A DNA stretch of 64,000 nucleotides from an uncultured Clostridia bacterium (GTDB lineage Bacteria > Bacillota > Clostridia > Christensenellales > UBA1242). The DNA is taken from assembly GCA_944350085.1 (NCBI GenBank), contig CALVNY010000004.1, positions 2,724 to 66,723 of the forward strand, read 5' to 3'. Below the pieces are notes generated by a model. The model worked only from the letters and a program-made list of their open reading frames with translations. It did no database searches and was not told the DNA's origin. Both the position numbers and the translations under genes were made by a program. Shown here one piece after another: positions 1-10,277 of the stretch. How positions within the stretch are numbered: position 1 is the stretch's first letter; every line of letters starts with the position of its first letter.

Positions 1-160
1 AACAAATAAATTATTTAAGTCTAGCCACATTTTAACTACAATGTTTAAAATTTTATTTTAACTTATAATAATTTATATTTAATTTGTTTATTAAAGTTAT
101 TGCTTATAAAATACAAATTTTATTTATTAATTAACTATTTATTAGTAAAGCGTTGTATTA

Positions 161-192
161 AAACAAAAAAGACACAAGTTGTGTCTTTTTTT
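161..192 (-). terminator. intrinsic terminator downstream of the kinase gene
   Basis: AGACAC/GTGTCT stem flanked by an A-run and a T-run (aaaaaagacacaagttgtgtcttttttt). On the minus strand it is followed by TTTTTTGTTT. Confidence 0.7.
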
Positions 193-205
193 ATTTTTTA
201 ATAAT

Positions 206-1156
206 TTATTTGCTTCTAAAAACTTCTTTTGGTTGTTTTTTATATTTTTCTGGCATATCCAAAAATTCCCACATCAAACTTGTTTTTGGCAATTTTTCTT
301 TTGACAATGTTAGTGTTCTTTCAAAAGGAGGAATTAAAAATCCAATATAATCTAAAATTTCAGGATATTGTCTAACCAAACACAACATTTCCTTTTTGTA
401 CAATGCCATCTCAAATGAGTGAGTTGTGTCAACACTATAATCAACATTTGGTCTAAATGGTGTTATATATTTGTCTTCGGCATCGCAAACATCAACCCAA
501 CTTTTAAATGTTTCAATAGGACTATGCCCTCTCCTTGTAACATCTCTTATCATTCGTCTAACTAAACGCAAGTTTCTTGGATCAACCACATGCTCCATAT
601 AATTAAACCCACTTAATGCACTAGCATAAACTTTGTAAACTTTATCTGTTCCAAGTTCTGCAATAAGTTCAGGATTCAATGTGTGCAATCCTTCAAATAT
701 TATAACAGTTTTTTCATCATACTCAAGATTGTACACATCATCTGAGTTAACGCCTGTTATAAAATCGTATTGTGGAAATCCTGCTTTGCCTTCGGTAAAT
801 AATTTTGTAAAGCATTTTCTCATTTGGTCTAAGTTTATTGCACGAAGAGAATCATAATCTTTATTTCCATTTGGCAAAAGTGGAGTGTCAACTCTATTTT
901 TGAAAAAGTCATCTAAACTAACATCTAAAACTCTTAATCCTTTTTTAACTAATATTTCATGCAATAATCTACATGTTGTTGTTTTTCCTGCACAACTTGG
1001 CCCCCCAATTAAAATAATTTTGATGTCGCCTTTTTTTATTATTTCATTGGCTAGTTCAAATAGTTCTCCGCGATAACGGCTCTCGTTATCTAAAACAAGT
1101 TTCTTTTTATTTACTTTTAAAAAATAATTTATTTCTTCAATATTATAATAACGCAT
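206..1156 (-). CDS. P-loop nucleoside kinase, uridine kinase/phosphoribulokinase (PRK) family
   Basis: Walker A GGPSCAGKTT, followed by DDFF, YDFITG and IIFEG blocks as in the PRK/Udk family. The track ORF starts at GTG 1165. The in-frame ATG at 1156 follows an AAGGTGA RBS. Confidence 0.6.
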   Translation of the reverse strand: MRYYNIEEINYFLKVNKKKLVLDNESRYRGELFELANEIIKKGDIKIILIGGPSCAGKTTTCRLLHEILVKKGLRVLDVSLDDFFKNRVDTPLLPNGNKDYDSLRAINLDQMRKCFTKLFTEGKAGFPQYDFITGVNSDDVYNLEYDEKTVIIFEGLHTLNPELIAELGTDKVYKVYASALSGFNYMEHVVDPRNLRLVRRMIRDVTRRGHSPIETFKSWVDVCDAEDKYITPFRPNVDYSVDTTHSFEMALYKKEMLCLVRQYPEILDYIGFLIPPFERTLTLSKEKLPKTSLMWEFLDMPEKYKKQPKEVFRSK

Positions 1157-1161
1157 TAAAA

Positions 1162-3822
1162 TCACCTTTCTTCACTAATCTTGTTACACAATCTTACAAC
1201 ACTTGAATATAGTGATGCTGCCAACTGAATTAGGATAATTATAAATAATATATTTTGTAAACTTAACTCAACATACTCAAAGAAAGAACCCGGAATTAAA
1301 ATAATCATTAAAACACTCATAACAATCATTGCTGCAACTAAAATTCCTCTAAACACATCAATTGGTTTGCAGACATTGTAAAGTACTAACAAACCACTAA
1401 ATGTTAGAACAAGGCTTCCCATTGTTGCAAATTGGTCTGCGCACCCTGTAATTTGAGTAAAAATGTAACATGCCACGACATTAACAACAAATATCAATGC
1501 CCCTGGCAACGACTTTGCAATTAAATTTACTAAGAACCTTCCTTTTATCTTTTCCGTGTTTGGTTGCAAAGCCAAACAGAAAGAAGGAAATCCTATAACG
1601 CACCATTCAAGTAAAAGTATTTGGTTTGTGCTAAATGGATATTTAATTGAAAATATCAAACATAAAATTGTAATCATTATTGTAAATAAAGTTTTCATTA
1701 AATATAGCGAACTACTTTTTTGAATATTATTTACAACTCTTCTACCCTCTGCCACAACACTTGGCATACTATTAAAGTTACTATCAAGCAAAACTAAATG
1801 GCTAACATTTCTAGTAGCCTCGCTACCACTTGCCATAGCAATGGAGCAATCGGCCTCTTTTAAAGCCAATATATCATTAACCCCATCTCCTGTCATTGCC
1901 ACTTTGTGCCCCTTAGATTTAAGTGCTTTTACTAATATAAATTTTTGTTCAGGACTTACTCTGCCAAACACACTATATTTTTCAGCAGCGTCAATAACTT
2001 GTTGTTCACTTAGTCCTTCCAAACTAATATAGTTTCCAGCATTTTCAACGCCAACTCTTTTGCTTACTTCTGAAACGGTTAATGGGTTGTCACCAGAGAT
2101 TATTTTAATTGCAACACCATTTTGTTTAAACCATTCAATAGTTTCTGCTGCATGTTCTCTAATTCTATCTTCAATAACTATTAATGCAACAGGTGTTACT
2201 TTGCTTGATATGTTGTCTTTAACAATGCCACCTTCACATTTTGCAAGAAGCAATACCCTAAAACCTTTTGAAGCATATTGTTTAACCAATTTTTCAATTT
2301 CAACATTTTTTGTTTTTAAAATAAACTCTGGTGCACCAAAAGCAAATGTTTGGTTGTTTTTAAATGTAACTGCACTTAACTTTCTTTTACTGCTAAATGG
2401 CAAAATTTCTTTTGCACTTAGTTCTTTACTATAACCAAAGTAAGTTGCAAGTGCTCTAGATGTTTGGTTGTTATCATCAAGTGCTGTAAGCATTGAACCC
2501 ACTATTTCATTTATAGTGTTGTCAAGCGAACTGTTTAATTGAATAACTGAGTTAACTTTCATTGTGCCATCTGTTATTGTTCCTGTTTTGTCTAGGCACA
2601 ACACATCAGTTCTAGCCAACATTTCAATAGAATATAAATCTTGAACTAATGTCCTTTTCTTTGCAAGTTTTATTACGCCAACAGCAAGTGCCAAACTTGT
2701 TAGTAAAAACATTCCTGCTGGAATCATACCAATTACTGAACCTGCTGTTTTCTTGATGGTACTATTTATTGTTGCATCAACTTGATTAAAGTTGTTATAA
2801 AAAGTTAAAATTGCAAGTGGAATAATTATAATACCAATAATTTTTATAATTAAATTTAAACTATTTAAAAGTTCACTTTTTGCTTTTTTATATTCTTTTG
2901 CCTTTACTGCTAATTGCGCTGTGTAACTTGAAGAGCCTATTTTGTCTGCTTTTGCAAAGCATTTTCCACTAACAACAAAACTTCCACTAAGCAAAACATC
3001 TCCCTTTCTTTTTTTAATAGGATTGCTTTCACCTGTTAGTAAACTTTCATTAACTTCAACTTCGCCTTCCATAACAACACAATCGGCACAAATCTGTTTT
3101 CCTAATGTAAAAAGAATTACATCATCTAAAACAATATCACTAACAGGAATGTCTACTTGAGCTCCATTTCTTACAACAACTGCCGTTGGTGCAGTAACCA
3201 AACTGATTTTTTCTATAGTTTTCTTTGCTTTAATTTCTTGCACTATGCCAATTACCATATTTGCCAAAATTACAAGCATAAAAACTAGATTGCTCCAAGC
3301 ATTAACTGCAATTAACGCTCCTGCAACAACAAAACACAATAAGTTGAAAAATGTAAATATGTTTCCAAAGAAAATGCTTTTGTAAGTTTTGGTGTTACGA
3401 TTTTCAACATAGTTGGTGTTTCCTTCCAAAACTCTTTCATTAACTTGCTCATCAGTTAATCCTTTTGAAACTGTTGGGTCAAATCTTTTAGGTTCTGGCT
3501 TGGACTTTTTCTTTTTGGTCTTTTTAATTGCACCCAACTTTTCAGCTTCTTCTTTTGTTAAAATTCTATTTTGAGGTGCATCTTTTTCGTGCTTATTTTT
3601 TAAAGATGCAGATTTGTTTTTATTTTCATCTTCAATTTTTAAGTCAGTTGTTTTTTCTAAAACTTTTTCATCTCTATTTCTTTTAATTTTTTTTGTGTTA
3701 TTTTCGTTTACAACATTATTTAAAGAAATATCAGCATTGTTTTCCACAACACTTTTTGCTGGTTTTAAATTCTTATTAGTTTTAACACTGGCATTATTAT
3801 TTTGTTTAGTTTCTTTTCCCAT
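1162..3822 (-). CDS. P-type cation-transporting ATPase (P2-like) with a basic low-complexity N-terminal extension
   Basis: Actuator motif LLTGESNP, phosphorylation site CLDKTGTIT, hinge MTGDGVNDILALKEAD, and TM helices at both ends. The transported ion cannot be assigned from sequence alone. Confidence 0.85.
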   Translation of the reverse strand: MGKETKQNNNASVKTNKNLKPAKSVVENNADISLNNVVNENNTKKIKRNRDEKVLEKTTDLKIEDENKNKSASLKNKHEKDAPQNRILTKEEAEKLGAIKKTKKKKSKPEPKRFDPTVSKGLTDEQVNERVLEGNTNYVENRNTKTYKSIFFGNIFTFFNLLCFVVAGALIAVNAWSNLVFMLVILANMVIGIVQEIKAKKTIEKISLVTAPTAVVVRNGAQVDIPVSDIVLDDVILFTLGKQICADCVVMEGEVEVNESLLTGESNPIKKRKGDVLLSGSFVVSGKCFAKADKIGSSSYTAQLAVKAKEYKKAKSELLNSLNLIIKIIGIIIIPLAILTFYNNFNQVDATINSTIKKTAGSVIGMIPAGMFLLTSLALAVGVIKLAKKRTLVQDLYSIEMLARTDVLCLDKTGTITDGTMKVNSVIQLNSSLDNTINEIVGSMLTALDDNNQTSRALATYFGYSKELSAKEILPFSSKRKLSAVTFKNNQTFAFGAPEFILKTKNVEIEKLVKQYASKGFRVLLLAKCEGGIVKDNISSKVTPVALIVIEDRIREHAAETIEWFKQNGVAIKIISGDNPLTVSEVSKRVGVENAGNYISLEGLSEQQVIDAAEKYSVFGRVSPEQKFILVKALKSKGHKVAMTGDGVNDILALKEADCSIAMASGSEATRNVSHLVLLDSNFNSMPSVVAEGRRVVNNIQKSSSLYLMKTLFTIMITILCLIFSIKYPFSTNQILLLEWCVIGFPSFCLALQPNTEKIKGRFLVNLIAKSLPGALIFVVNVVACYIFTQITGCADQFATMGSLVLTFSGLLVLYNVCKPIDVFRGILVAAMIVMSVLMIILIPGSFFEYVELSLQNILFIIILIQLAASLYSSVVRLCNKISEER

Positions 3823-3973
3823 TGTTCCCCTATTATATTAATAATTAAACAAAAAAGATTGTATATACATAATTTATTACTTAATTATTTTAACAAATTG
3901 TGTACTTTATTGCAAACATTTATATAATTTAATATATTAATATAGTATATTTTAATATATCTAAAAATTTAAC

Positions 3974-4002
3974 TTTACCAAAAAATGCTTATTTGATATA
4001 AT
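3974..4002 (+). promoter_or_regulatory. candidate sigma-70 promoter of glyQS
   Basis: TTTACC, 17 nt, then TATAAT preceded by TGa (extended -10 TGATATAAT), about 40 nt before the ATG. Confidence 0.4.
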
Positions 4003-4041
4003 CTTGTATGTTAATAAACTTTATATGTAAGGAATTTAATT

Positions 4042-5427
4042 ATGAGTGAAAATAATTTAACTATGGAAAAACTAGTAAATTTGTGCAAAAACCGTGGAAT
4101 AATTTTTCAAGGTTCAGAAATTTATGGTGGAATGGGAAACACTTGGGATTATGGTCCAATTGGTGTTGAAATAAAAAATAATATTAAACGCGCTTGGTGG
4201 AAAAAGTTTGTTCAAGAAAGTGAAAATAGTTTTGGTGTTGATGCTGCAATTTTAATGAATAGTCGCGTGTGGGACGCAAGTGGTCACACTGCAAGTTTTA
4301 GCGACCCTAAAATGGATTGTAAAGAGTGCAAAACCAGAGAAAGAGCCGACAATTTAATTGAAGACTATGCAAAGAAACACAACATTGATGTTACTCCTGA
4401 CAAAATGACAAATGAAGAAATGGAAAACTTTATTGCAGAGCATAAAATTAATTGTCCAAAATGTGGGAAACACAACTGGACCCCAATTAGACAATTTAAT
4501 TTAATGTTTGAAACAAGCCGTGGTGTAACTGATGAAAATCAAAACAAAATTTATTTGCGTCCAGAAACAGCACAAGGCGAGTTTGTTAACTTTTTAAATG
4601 TTCAAAGAACAATGCGTGCAAAGGTTCCTTTTGGAATTGCTCAGGTTGGAAAAGCATTTAGAAACGAAGTTACTCCCGGAAACTTTATTTTTAGAACAAT
4701 AGAATTTGAACAAATGGAACATCAACTATTTTGTAAGGAAGGCACAGACCATGAGTTTTACGAAGAATACAAACAAAAGGCTTTTAATTTCCTTTTAAGC
4801 TTAGGTTTTAAAAAAGAACATTTGCGTTTTAAAGACCACGACAAATTAGCATTTTACGCAAAGGCTGCTTGTGATATTCAGTATTTATACCCTATGGGCT
4901 GGCAGGAATTAAATGGTATTCATAACCGCACAAATCATGACCTTAGCCGTCACCAAGAATTTTCTGGCAAAAGCATGCTTTACCTAGACCCTTACACCAA
5001 CGAAAAATATGTTCCGTATGTTGTTGAATATTCAATAGGTGCAGATAGACTAATGCTTGCAGTTTTGTGTGAAGCATACGAAGAACAAAAACTAGACGAC
5101 GGCGAAACAAGAGTTGTTATGCATTTTGCTCCAAATATTGCTGCATACAAAGTTGCAGTTTTGCCTTTGCAAAAAAATTTAAGCGAAAAAGCAATGGAAG
5201 TTTATAAAGACTTATCAAAGTCATTTATGTGCACATACGATGAAGCAGGCTCAATTGGAAAAAGATATAGAAGACAAGATGAAATTGGAACACCATATTG
5301 TGTTACTATTGATTTTGACACTTTAAACGACAACACAGTAACAATTCGTGATAGGGACACAATGGAACAAATAAGATTAAATATTTCCGAACTTAAAGAT
5401 TATATTGCAAACAAAATTGCTTATTAA
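4042..5427 (+). CDS. glyQS: glycine--tRNA ligase (dimeric GlyQS type)
   Basis: 461 aa. N-terminal block LCKNRGIIFQGSEIYGG, class II core FRNEVTPGNFIFRTIEFEQME, and an anticodon-binding C-terminal part. AAGGAA RBS. Confidence 0.9.
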   Translation: MSENNLTMEKLVNLCKNRGIIFQGSEIYGGMGNTWDYGPIGVEIKNNIKRAWWKKFVQESENSFGVDAAILMNSRVWDASGHTASFSDPKMDCKECKTRERADNLIEDYAKKHNIDVTPDKMTNEEMENFIAEHKINCPKCGKHNWTPIRQFNLMFETSRGVTDENQNKIYLRPETAQGEFVNFLNVQRTMRAKVPFGIAQVGKAFRNEVTPGNFIFRTIEFEQMEHQLFCKEGTDHEFYEEYKQKAFNFLLSLGFKKEHLRFKDHDKLAFYAKAACDIQYLYPMGWQELNGIHNRTNHDLSRHQEFSGKSMLYLDPYTNEKYVPYVVEYSIGADRLMLAVLCEAYEEQKLDDGETRVVMHFAPNIAAYKVAVLPLQKNLSEKAMEVYKDLSKSFMCTYDEAGSIGKRYRRQDEIGTPYCVTIDFDTLNDNTVTIRDRDTMEQIRLNISELKDYIANKIAY

Positions 5428-5588
5428 TAATAATTTTAAATTTAACTAAATTTTAAGCAATCAATTTGTTAAGTAAGTTAAGCGTATATAAAAATTAAAA
5501 TACACAAATTAATGTCGTAAAAAAATTAAAATTTTTATTATTAAGTCATTTTGGAATATTTAAAAAATTATTGCACAAATTAAAAATA

Positions 5589-5653
5589 GAAGGATAAATT
5601 TAGTTTTAATTGTGATAAATTATTAACAAAATTTATTCTTCTTTTTCTTTTTT
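5589..5653 (+). terminator. long-loop hairpin plus T-tract, possible glyQS terminator
   Basis: 13-bp stem GAAGGATAAATTT / AAATTTATTCTTC (one G-U pair), followed by TTTTTCTTTTTT, about 160 nt after the glyQS stop. Confidence 0.45.
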
Positions 5654-5744
5654 ATTATGTTTTATTTTTAATACTCTCAATTTTAATATATTTTATCAAA
5701 AATATAATTTCATTTTAAAAATCTAAGCAAGCAAATTAAAAAAC

Positions 5745-5770
5745 AAAAAAGTGGCGATTGCCACTTTTTT
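5745..5770. terminator. bidirectional terminator between glyQS and tsf
   Basis: aaaaaaGTGGCgattGCCACtttttt, immediately after the tsf stop. Confidence 0.75.
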
Positions 5771-5771
5771 A

Positions 5772-6422
5772 TTATTTTGCTTGTGATTGTTTCATAACTT
5801 CTTCTGCAAAGTTTTCTTGTCTTTTTTCTAGGCCTTCACCCATTTCATATCTAACAAATCTTCTAACACTTATTTTTTCACCAATAACTAAAACTGTGTC
5901 ATTGATAATGTCTGTTATTGTTTTGTCTGGATTTTTAACAAATGGTTGATTTAACAAACAAACTTCTGCATAGAATTTTTTAATTCTGCCTTCAATCATT
6001 TTTTCAACAATGTTTGCAGGTTTTCCTTCGTTTAAAGATTGAACTCTTAAAACTTCTTTTTCATGTTCCAAAACATCTGCTGGAACATCTGCTTCACTAA
6101 CATAACTTGGGTTTGCTGCAGCAATGTGCATTGCAATATCTTTGCAAAGTGAAACAAATGCTTCTGATTTGCTTGCAAAGTCTGTTTCGCAGTTAACTTC
6201 TAGCAAAACACCAATTTTTCCACCCATGTGGATATATGATGTAACCATGCCTTCTGCTGCAATTCTGTCTGCTTTTTTAGCAGCCTTTGCCATTCCTTTT
6301 TCTCTTAACCATTCTGTTGCTTTGTCAATATCGCCATCACATGCTTCAAGTGCATTTTTGCAGTCCATCATACCGCAATTTGTTCTTTTTCTTAACTTAA
6401 CAATATCTGCTGATGTAAACAT
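5772..6422 (-). CDS. tsf: translation elongation factor Ts (short form)
   Basis: N-terminal block [36 protein letters not shown]. Lies 5 nt downstream of rpsB. Confidence 0.9.
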   Translation of the reverse strand: MFTSADIVKLRKRTNCGMMDCKNALEACDGDIDKATEWLREKGMAKAAKKADRIAAEGMVTSYIHMGGKIGVLLEVNCETDFASKSEAFVSLCKDIAMHIAAANPSYVSEADVPADVLEHEKEVLRVQSLNEGKPANIVEKMIEGRIKKFYAEVCLLNQPFVKNPDKTITDIINDTVLVIGEKISVRRFVRYEMGEGLEKRQENFAEEVMKQSQAK

Positions 6423-6427
6423 ATTAA

Positions 6428-7207
6428 TTATTCCCCTTCTTTTTCAGTTTCGCTTTCTGTATCAGTTGTTGCTTCTGCATCTTTTGAAGTTTCTTTTGTT
6501 TCTTCATCTTCTACATTAACAACAATTCCTTCTTTGCTTTCAATAACTGCATTAGCAATAACACCTGCAATTAATGAAACTGCTCTAATTGCGTCGTCAT
6601 TTCCAGGAATAACATAATCTATATCTGTTGGGTCACAATTTGTGTCAATTAATGCAACAACTGGAATTCCAAGTGATTTTGCTTCTTTAACAGCAATATG
6701 TTCCTTTTTGGTGTCAACTACAAACAAAATATCTGGAAGGCGTGGCATATCTTTAATTCCACCTAGGTTCTTTTCCAATTTTTCCATTTCAGCTTTTAAT
6801 TTAATAACTTCTTTTTTAGGAAGTAAATTAAATTCGCCAACTTTTTCCATTGTGGTTAGTTTGTTTAATCTTTCAATTCTTGATTTGATGGTTTTGTAGT
6901 TTGTTAATGTGCCACCAAGCCATCTAGAATTGATGTAGTACATACCACATCTTTTTGCTTCATCTGCAATTGCTTGTTGTGCTTGTTTTTTAGTTCCAAC
7001 AAACAAGATGATTTTGCCTGCGTCAACAGACTCCTTTACAAATTTGTATGCTTTTTCAACACAAACAACGGTATCTTCTAAGTTGATAATATGAATATCG
7101 TTCCTTGCTGTGAAAATATATGGCGCCATTTTAGGGTTCCATTTTCTTGTTTGATGACCAAAATGAACACCTGCTTCTAATAATTGCTTCATTGAAATTA
7201 CTGACAT
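6428..7207 (-). CDS. rpsB: 30S ribosomal protein S2 (uS2)
   Basis: [33 protein letters not shown]. Acidic C-terminal tail. Confidence 0.95.
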   Translation of the reverse strand: MSVISMKQLLEAGVHFGHQTRKWNPKMAPYIFTARNDIHIINLEDTVVCVEKAYKFVKESVDAGKIILFVGTKKQAQQAIADEAKRCGMYYINSRWLGGTLTNYKTIKSRIERLNKLTTMEKVGEFNLLPKKEVIKLKAEMEKLEKNLGGIKDMPRLPDILFVVDTKKEHIAVKEAKSLGIPVVALIDTNCDPTDIDYVIPGNDDAIRAVSLIAGVIANAVIESKEGIVVNVEDEETKETSKDAEATTDTESETEKEGE

Positions 7208-7322
7208 TTTACTTTTTCCTCCTTGTTTTTAATCCTCCCTAAATTTTTAAAACTCTAACTTACAACCATTTAGGCAACCGTAGTCAAATATAACTTAGGT
7301 GTGTAATTTTTTGAAACGATTT

Positions 7323-7351
7323 ATTTTATCATATAAATAAATATATATCAA
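7323..7351 (-). promoter_or_regulatory. candidate sigma-70 promoter of rpsB-tsf
   Basis: On the minus strand: TTGATA, 17 nt, TAAAAT with an upstream TG (TGATAAAAT). This leaves a leader of about 115 nt. Confidence 0.5.
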
Positions 7352-7640
7352 GATTTTTTTGTGGTATAACAAAAATTTTAATAGGTAAATTTTTATTAAT
7401 TTCATTTATACTTAAAATTTATTTTTTTGCTTTAAAATGACAAATTTTTTTAAATAAATAAAACTAAAATTAAAAAGTAAATTTTAATTTTCTATTTGTA
7501 AAAAATTTTTTACTTAACAACTTAAAGTTTTAGTCATTTATCAATTTCTATTTGTAAATTGTAATTAAAAAATAAATTTAAATTTAAAAGTTTTTTTAAT
7601 TAAAGTTTTTAAAATTTTAAAACTTTTTTTGTATTTAAAA

Positions 7641-7674
7641 AAAATTCTTCTATGAATTAACATAAAAGAATTTT
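7641..7674 (-). terminator. terminator after the three-gene ANL/acyltransferase operon
   Basis: AAAATTCTTCTATG / CATAAAAGAATTTT inverted repeat (one mismatch), flanked by A and T runs, directly after the stop at 7684. Confidence 0.65.
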
Positions 7675-7683
7675 TTTGTTTTT

Positions 7684-8934
7684 TTATAGTCTAATGTGTT
7701 TATCTTTTCTATAAAGCAACCAGTTCATAACAGTGTACAAACATAAACCAACAACTGTAATTAGTAGTCCAGCCCACAAAGGCAAAGAAACTTCTTTAAC
7801 AGTTAAAATTGCACCAATTATTAAACATGCTAAATAGTTTACAACATAAACTAAAAGTGAACTTCCACCCCACCAAGTAAACAATGCAAACTTTGGAGTA
7901 AATTTATTTAATGCGTCAATTCCTGCAAACACAATAGCTGAAATACTTGCACAGAAAGTTGCATAAACAGGTGTACAACCACGCTTTACAGCAGTGTATT
8001 CAAATGCAACAATTAATACCACAGAAATTAAAAGCATTAAAGAAGCAAGAACCCAATAAATTTTTTCATCTTTGATTTCAACAAAAATTGAACCTAAAAG
8101 TAAAATTCCAGCCCAAGAGAATCCACCAAACAATCCACCTTCAAGGATAGCTCTTACTAATTGGTAACCACCATTTTGAACAAATATAGTCATAACTGCA
8201 AATGTTATTGCAACCATAACAAGTTTTCCCCATTTGTCAAACTTAACAAATGGCAAAGCCATTAAACCAGCAAGTCCAATGTTTTGTAATGTGTCCCAAA
8301 TCCAACCACCATATCTGTTGCTTTGGAAATCTGCAACAAAACGACTACCAACTTGTTCGCCTGTGCTTACAATGATAAAATACAAAACACAAAGTCCCAT
8401 AAATGCTAAGAAATAACGAAGTGTTTTTGACATAATATCTTTAAATTTTTCACTTTTAAATAGTCTTGAAATTAAAACCAAAACTACAAGTGCAATTGCA
8501 ATCCAAAATCCTACTGCAAAAACTTTGATATTTTTGTCTAATTCTTTAAATGCAGTTCCTTGGAAAACATCTAGCCAGCCATCTTCAAAGCCGTTTAACA
8601 ATGCTCCAATTCCCATTAAACCTAAATATCTAATTGCAATTTGGAAATAGGCAACTTTTGTGCCATATTTTGCTTCACGAGATTTAAAACTTTTTACATA
8701 TGTTAATCCAATAACAAATATAAACATTGGTGCAAAAATATCAGCAAAAGCAATACCTGGCAAAATTTGAAAACCACTTTCTCCGTGTTCAAAAATGGGT
8801 GCCCACTTTGCAAAAGTGTCTTCAAAAACACCTAAGAAAAATGAGATAACCATTACAAACATACACAATCCACGGAAGCGGTCAATAGAAATTATTCTTT
8901 TTGATTGTGTACTTTCATTTGTATTTTGTTCCAT
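7684..8934 (-). CDS. polytopic membrane acyltransferase-like protein, DUF1624/DUF5009 (HGSNAT-like) family, distal copy
   Basis: SIDRFRGLCMFVMV near the N-terminus, loop His (FEHGESG) followed by ADIFAPMFIFVIGLT, about 10 hydrophobic helices. Clear paralogue of the upstream ORF. Confidence 0.6.
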   Translation of the reverse strand: MEQNTNESTQSKRIISIDRFRGLCMFVMVISFFLGVFEDTFAKWAPIFEHGESGFQILPGIAFADIFAPMFIFVIGLTYVKSFKSREAKYGTKVAYFQIAIRYLGLMGIGALLNGFEDGWLDVFQGTAFKELDKNIKVFAVGFWIAIALVVLVLISRLFKSEKFKDIMSKTLRYFLAFMGLCVLYFIIVSTGEQVGSRFVADFQSNRYGGWIWDTLQNIGLAGLMALPFVKFDKWGKLVMVAITFAVMTIFVQNGGYQLVRAILEGGLFGGFSWAGILLLGSIFVEIKDEKIYWVLASLMLLISVVLIVAFEYTAVKRGCTPVYATFCASISAIVFAGIDALNKFTPKFALFTWWGGSSLLVYVVNYLACLIIGAILTVKEVSLPLWAGLLITVVGLCLYTVMNWLLYRKDKHIRL

Positions 8935-9002
8935 TTTACTCTCCTTTTATTTTTTTATATTAAAAGCATAGTTTCTTAATAACATTAAACTTTTAAATAA
9001 AT

Positions 9003-10277
9003 TTACAAACTAAATGATTTTTTGCTTTTGTTCAATAAATAACATATTAATGTTAGTAAAATTACAGCCACAACGCCTTCAATTATGGCTAGCCATAGTG
9101 GAGCCCCAGACAATATGCTATCAGGAACAAGTTCTGAATATAGACCTATTACAAAAAACTCTACTAAAAACATAAGCAATGGGTTTTTGCCCCACCAAAT
9201 TAATGGGTCAAATTTAAAATGTGGCAATTTATCACATAAATGGAATAAATAAAATAATAATCCACTTAATCCAACTGATGTAAGTATAAATGCAGGGCTA
9301 CAACTGCCTAAATTTATATTTCCAAAATAAAAGGTGCTCCACACTCCAATTCCAGCAAATAAAGCCACAATTGAAATATATTTGCTTTTATCTTTAAAAT
9401 AAATATCTGCAACAATCACATCAAAAATTAACATTACTCCCCAGCCAAATCCACCTAGGAATCCACCATGAACCACAACATCTAAAAGTTGTTGATGATT
9501 TCCAATTTGATGAAATACAGTGTAAAGCACAAATATAATACTTGCCACCAAAAATCTTAACCAATTTTTTGTTTGAATTAAAGGCAAGGTAACCAAGCAT
9601 GCCATACCAATGTTTTGCAAAGTAACCCAATAACCATAAGTGCTTGTATTAATGTCATTAAGCAATGCAAAAAAGTCTATTCCGGCAATTACTAAATTGT
9701 AAAAACCAAGTACTGATAGTGCTATATAAAAAATATTTGTAGAAAGTTTACCAATTTTATTGTTAAGCACAGGTATTAAACAAACCAACTTAAACACAAG
9801 TGCAGCAAGTGCAATGCTTGAAAGAACAATAAATATTATGTCAACAGTGTTAAATTTATATCCACTAAAAGAATCTAAAATTTTGTTGCAAGTTGCTAAA
9901 AATCCACCAATACCAATTAAAGATAATCCTCTTTCAACAAAATGTATGTATGCATTTTTTAATCCATATAAATTTTTCCATTTGTTAAATGACAATGCAT
10001 AAGTTAAGCCAATTGCAAATATAAATGATGGTGCAATAATATCAGCAATTGTCATACCTGGCAAAATTACAATTCCTTCTGTTAGACTATGGTTTGCAAG
10101 CCTTGACAATATGCCCAAACTTGGAAAATTTTTTAAAAATTGAAACACCAACATAGCAAAAACACAAAATCCTCTAAATCTATCAATAGATTTAATTCTT
10201 TTTGTTTGCTTTTTTATCTCTAAATTTTCAATATTATTTTCTTGTAAATTTTCTGAATTTGTTAAAACTTGTTCCAT
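9003..10277 (-). CDS. polytopic membrane acyltransferase-like protein, DUF1624/DUF5009 (HGSNAT-like) family, proximal copy
   Basis: SIDRFRGFCVFAMLVF, loop His (ANHSLTEG) followed by ADIIAPSFIFAIGLT. Its ATG overlaps the stop of the ANL gene (TAATG). Confidence 0.6.
   Translation of the reverse strand: MEQVLTNSENLQENNIENLEIKKQTKRIKSIDRFRGFCVFAMLVFQFLKNFPSLGILSRLANHSLTEGIVILPGMTIADIIAPSFIFAIGLTYALSFNKWKNLYGLKNAYIHFVERGLSLIGIGGFLATCNKILDSFSGYKFNTVDIIFIVLSSIALAALVFKLVCLIPVLNNKIGKLSTNIFYIALSVLGFYNLVIAGIDFFALLNDINTSTYGYWVTLQNIGMACLVTLPLIQTKNWLRFLVASIIFVLYTVFHQIGNHQQLLDVVVHGGFLGGFGWGVMLIFDVIVADIYFKDKSKYISIVALFAGIGVWSTFYFGNINLGSCSPAFILTSVGLSGLLFYLFHLCDKLPHFKFDPLIWWGKNPLLMFLVEFFVIGLYSELVPDSILSGAPLWLAIIEGVVAVILLTLICYLLNKSKKSFSL

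Noticed and set aside
2060-2434. Many 60-180 aa ORFs in the track lie antisense to or nested in the long genes. Examples are 885-1076, 2060-2434, 6124-6519, 16511-16807, 20282-20680, 32207-32731, 37152-37694, 39317-39721, 53711-54028 and 61093-61503.
   Set aside because: Each lies fully inside a gene with strong motif support on the other strand or in another frame. Their translations are Leu/Ser/Phe/Ile-rich low-complexity strings typical of reverse-read AT-rich codons. None has a Shine-Dalgarno sequence or its own terminator.
3823-4041. T-box leader upstream of glyQS, which is common in Bacillota.
   Set aside because: There is no GGUGGNACC-like T-box sequence and no terminator hairpin between the promoter and the start codon. 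The leader is only about 40 nt.
9421-9630. 69-aa same-strand out-of-frame ORF inside the HGSNAT-like gene. Similar cases are 16695-16889, 26060-26302, 59058-59279 and 63094-63318.
   Set aside because: These are embedded in well-supported coding regions, have no RBS, and their sequences are compositionally odd (Trp/Cys/Lys-rich). I treat them as frame-shifted read-through artefacts.
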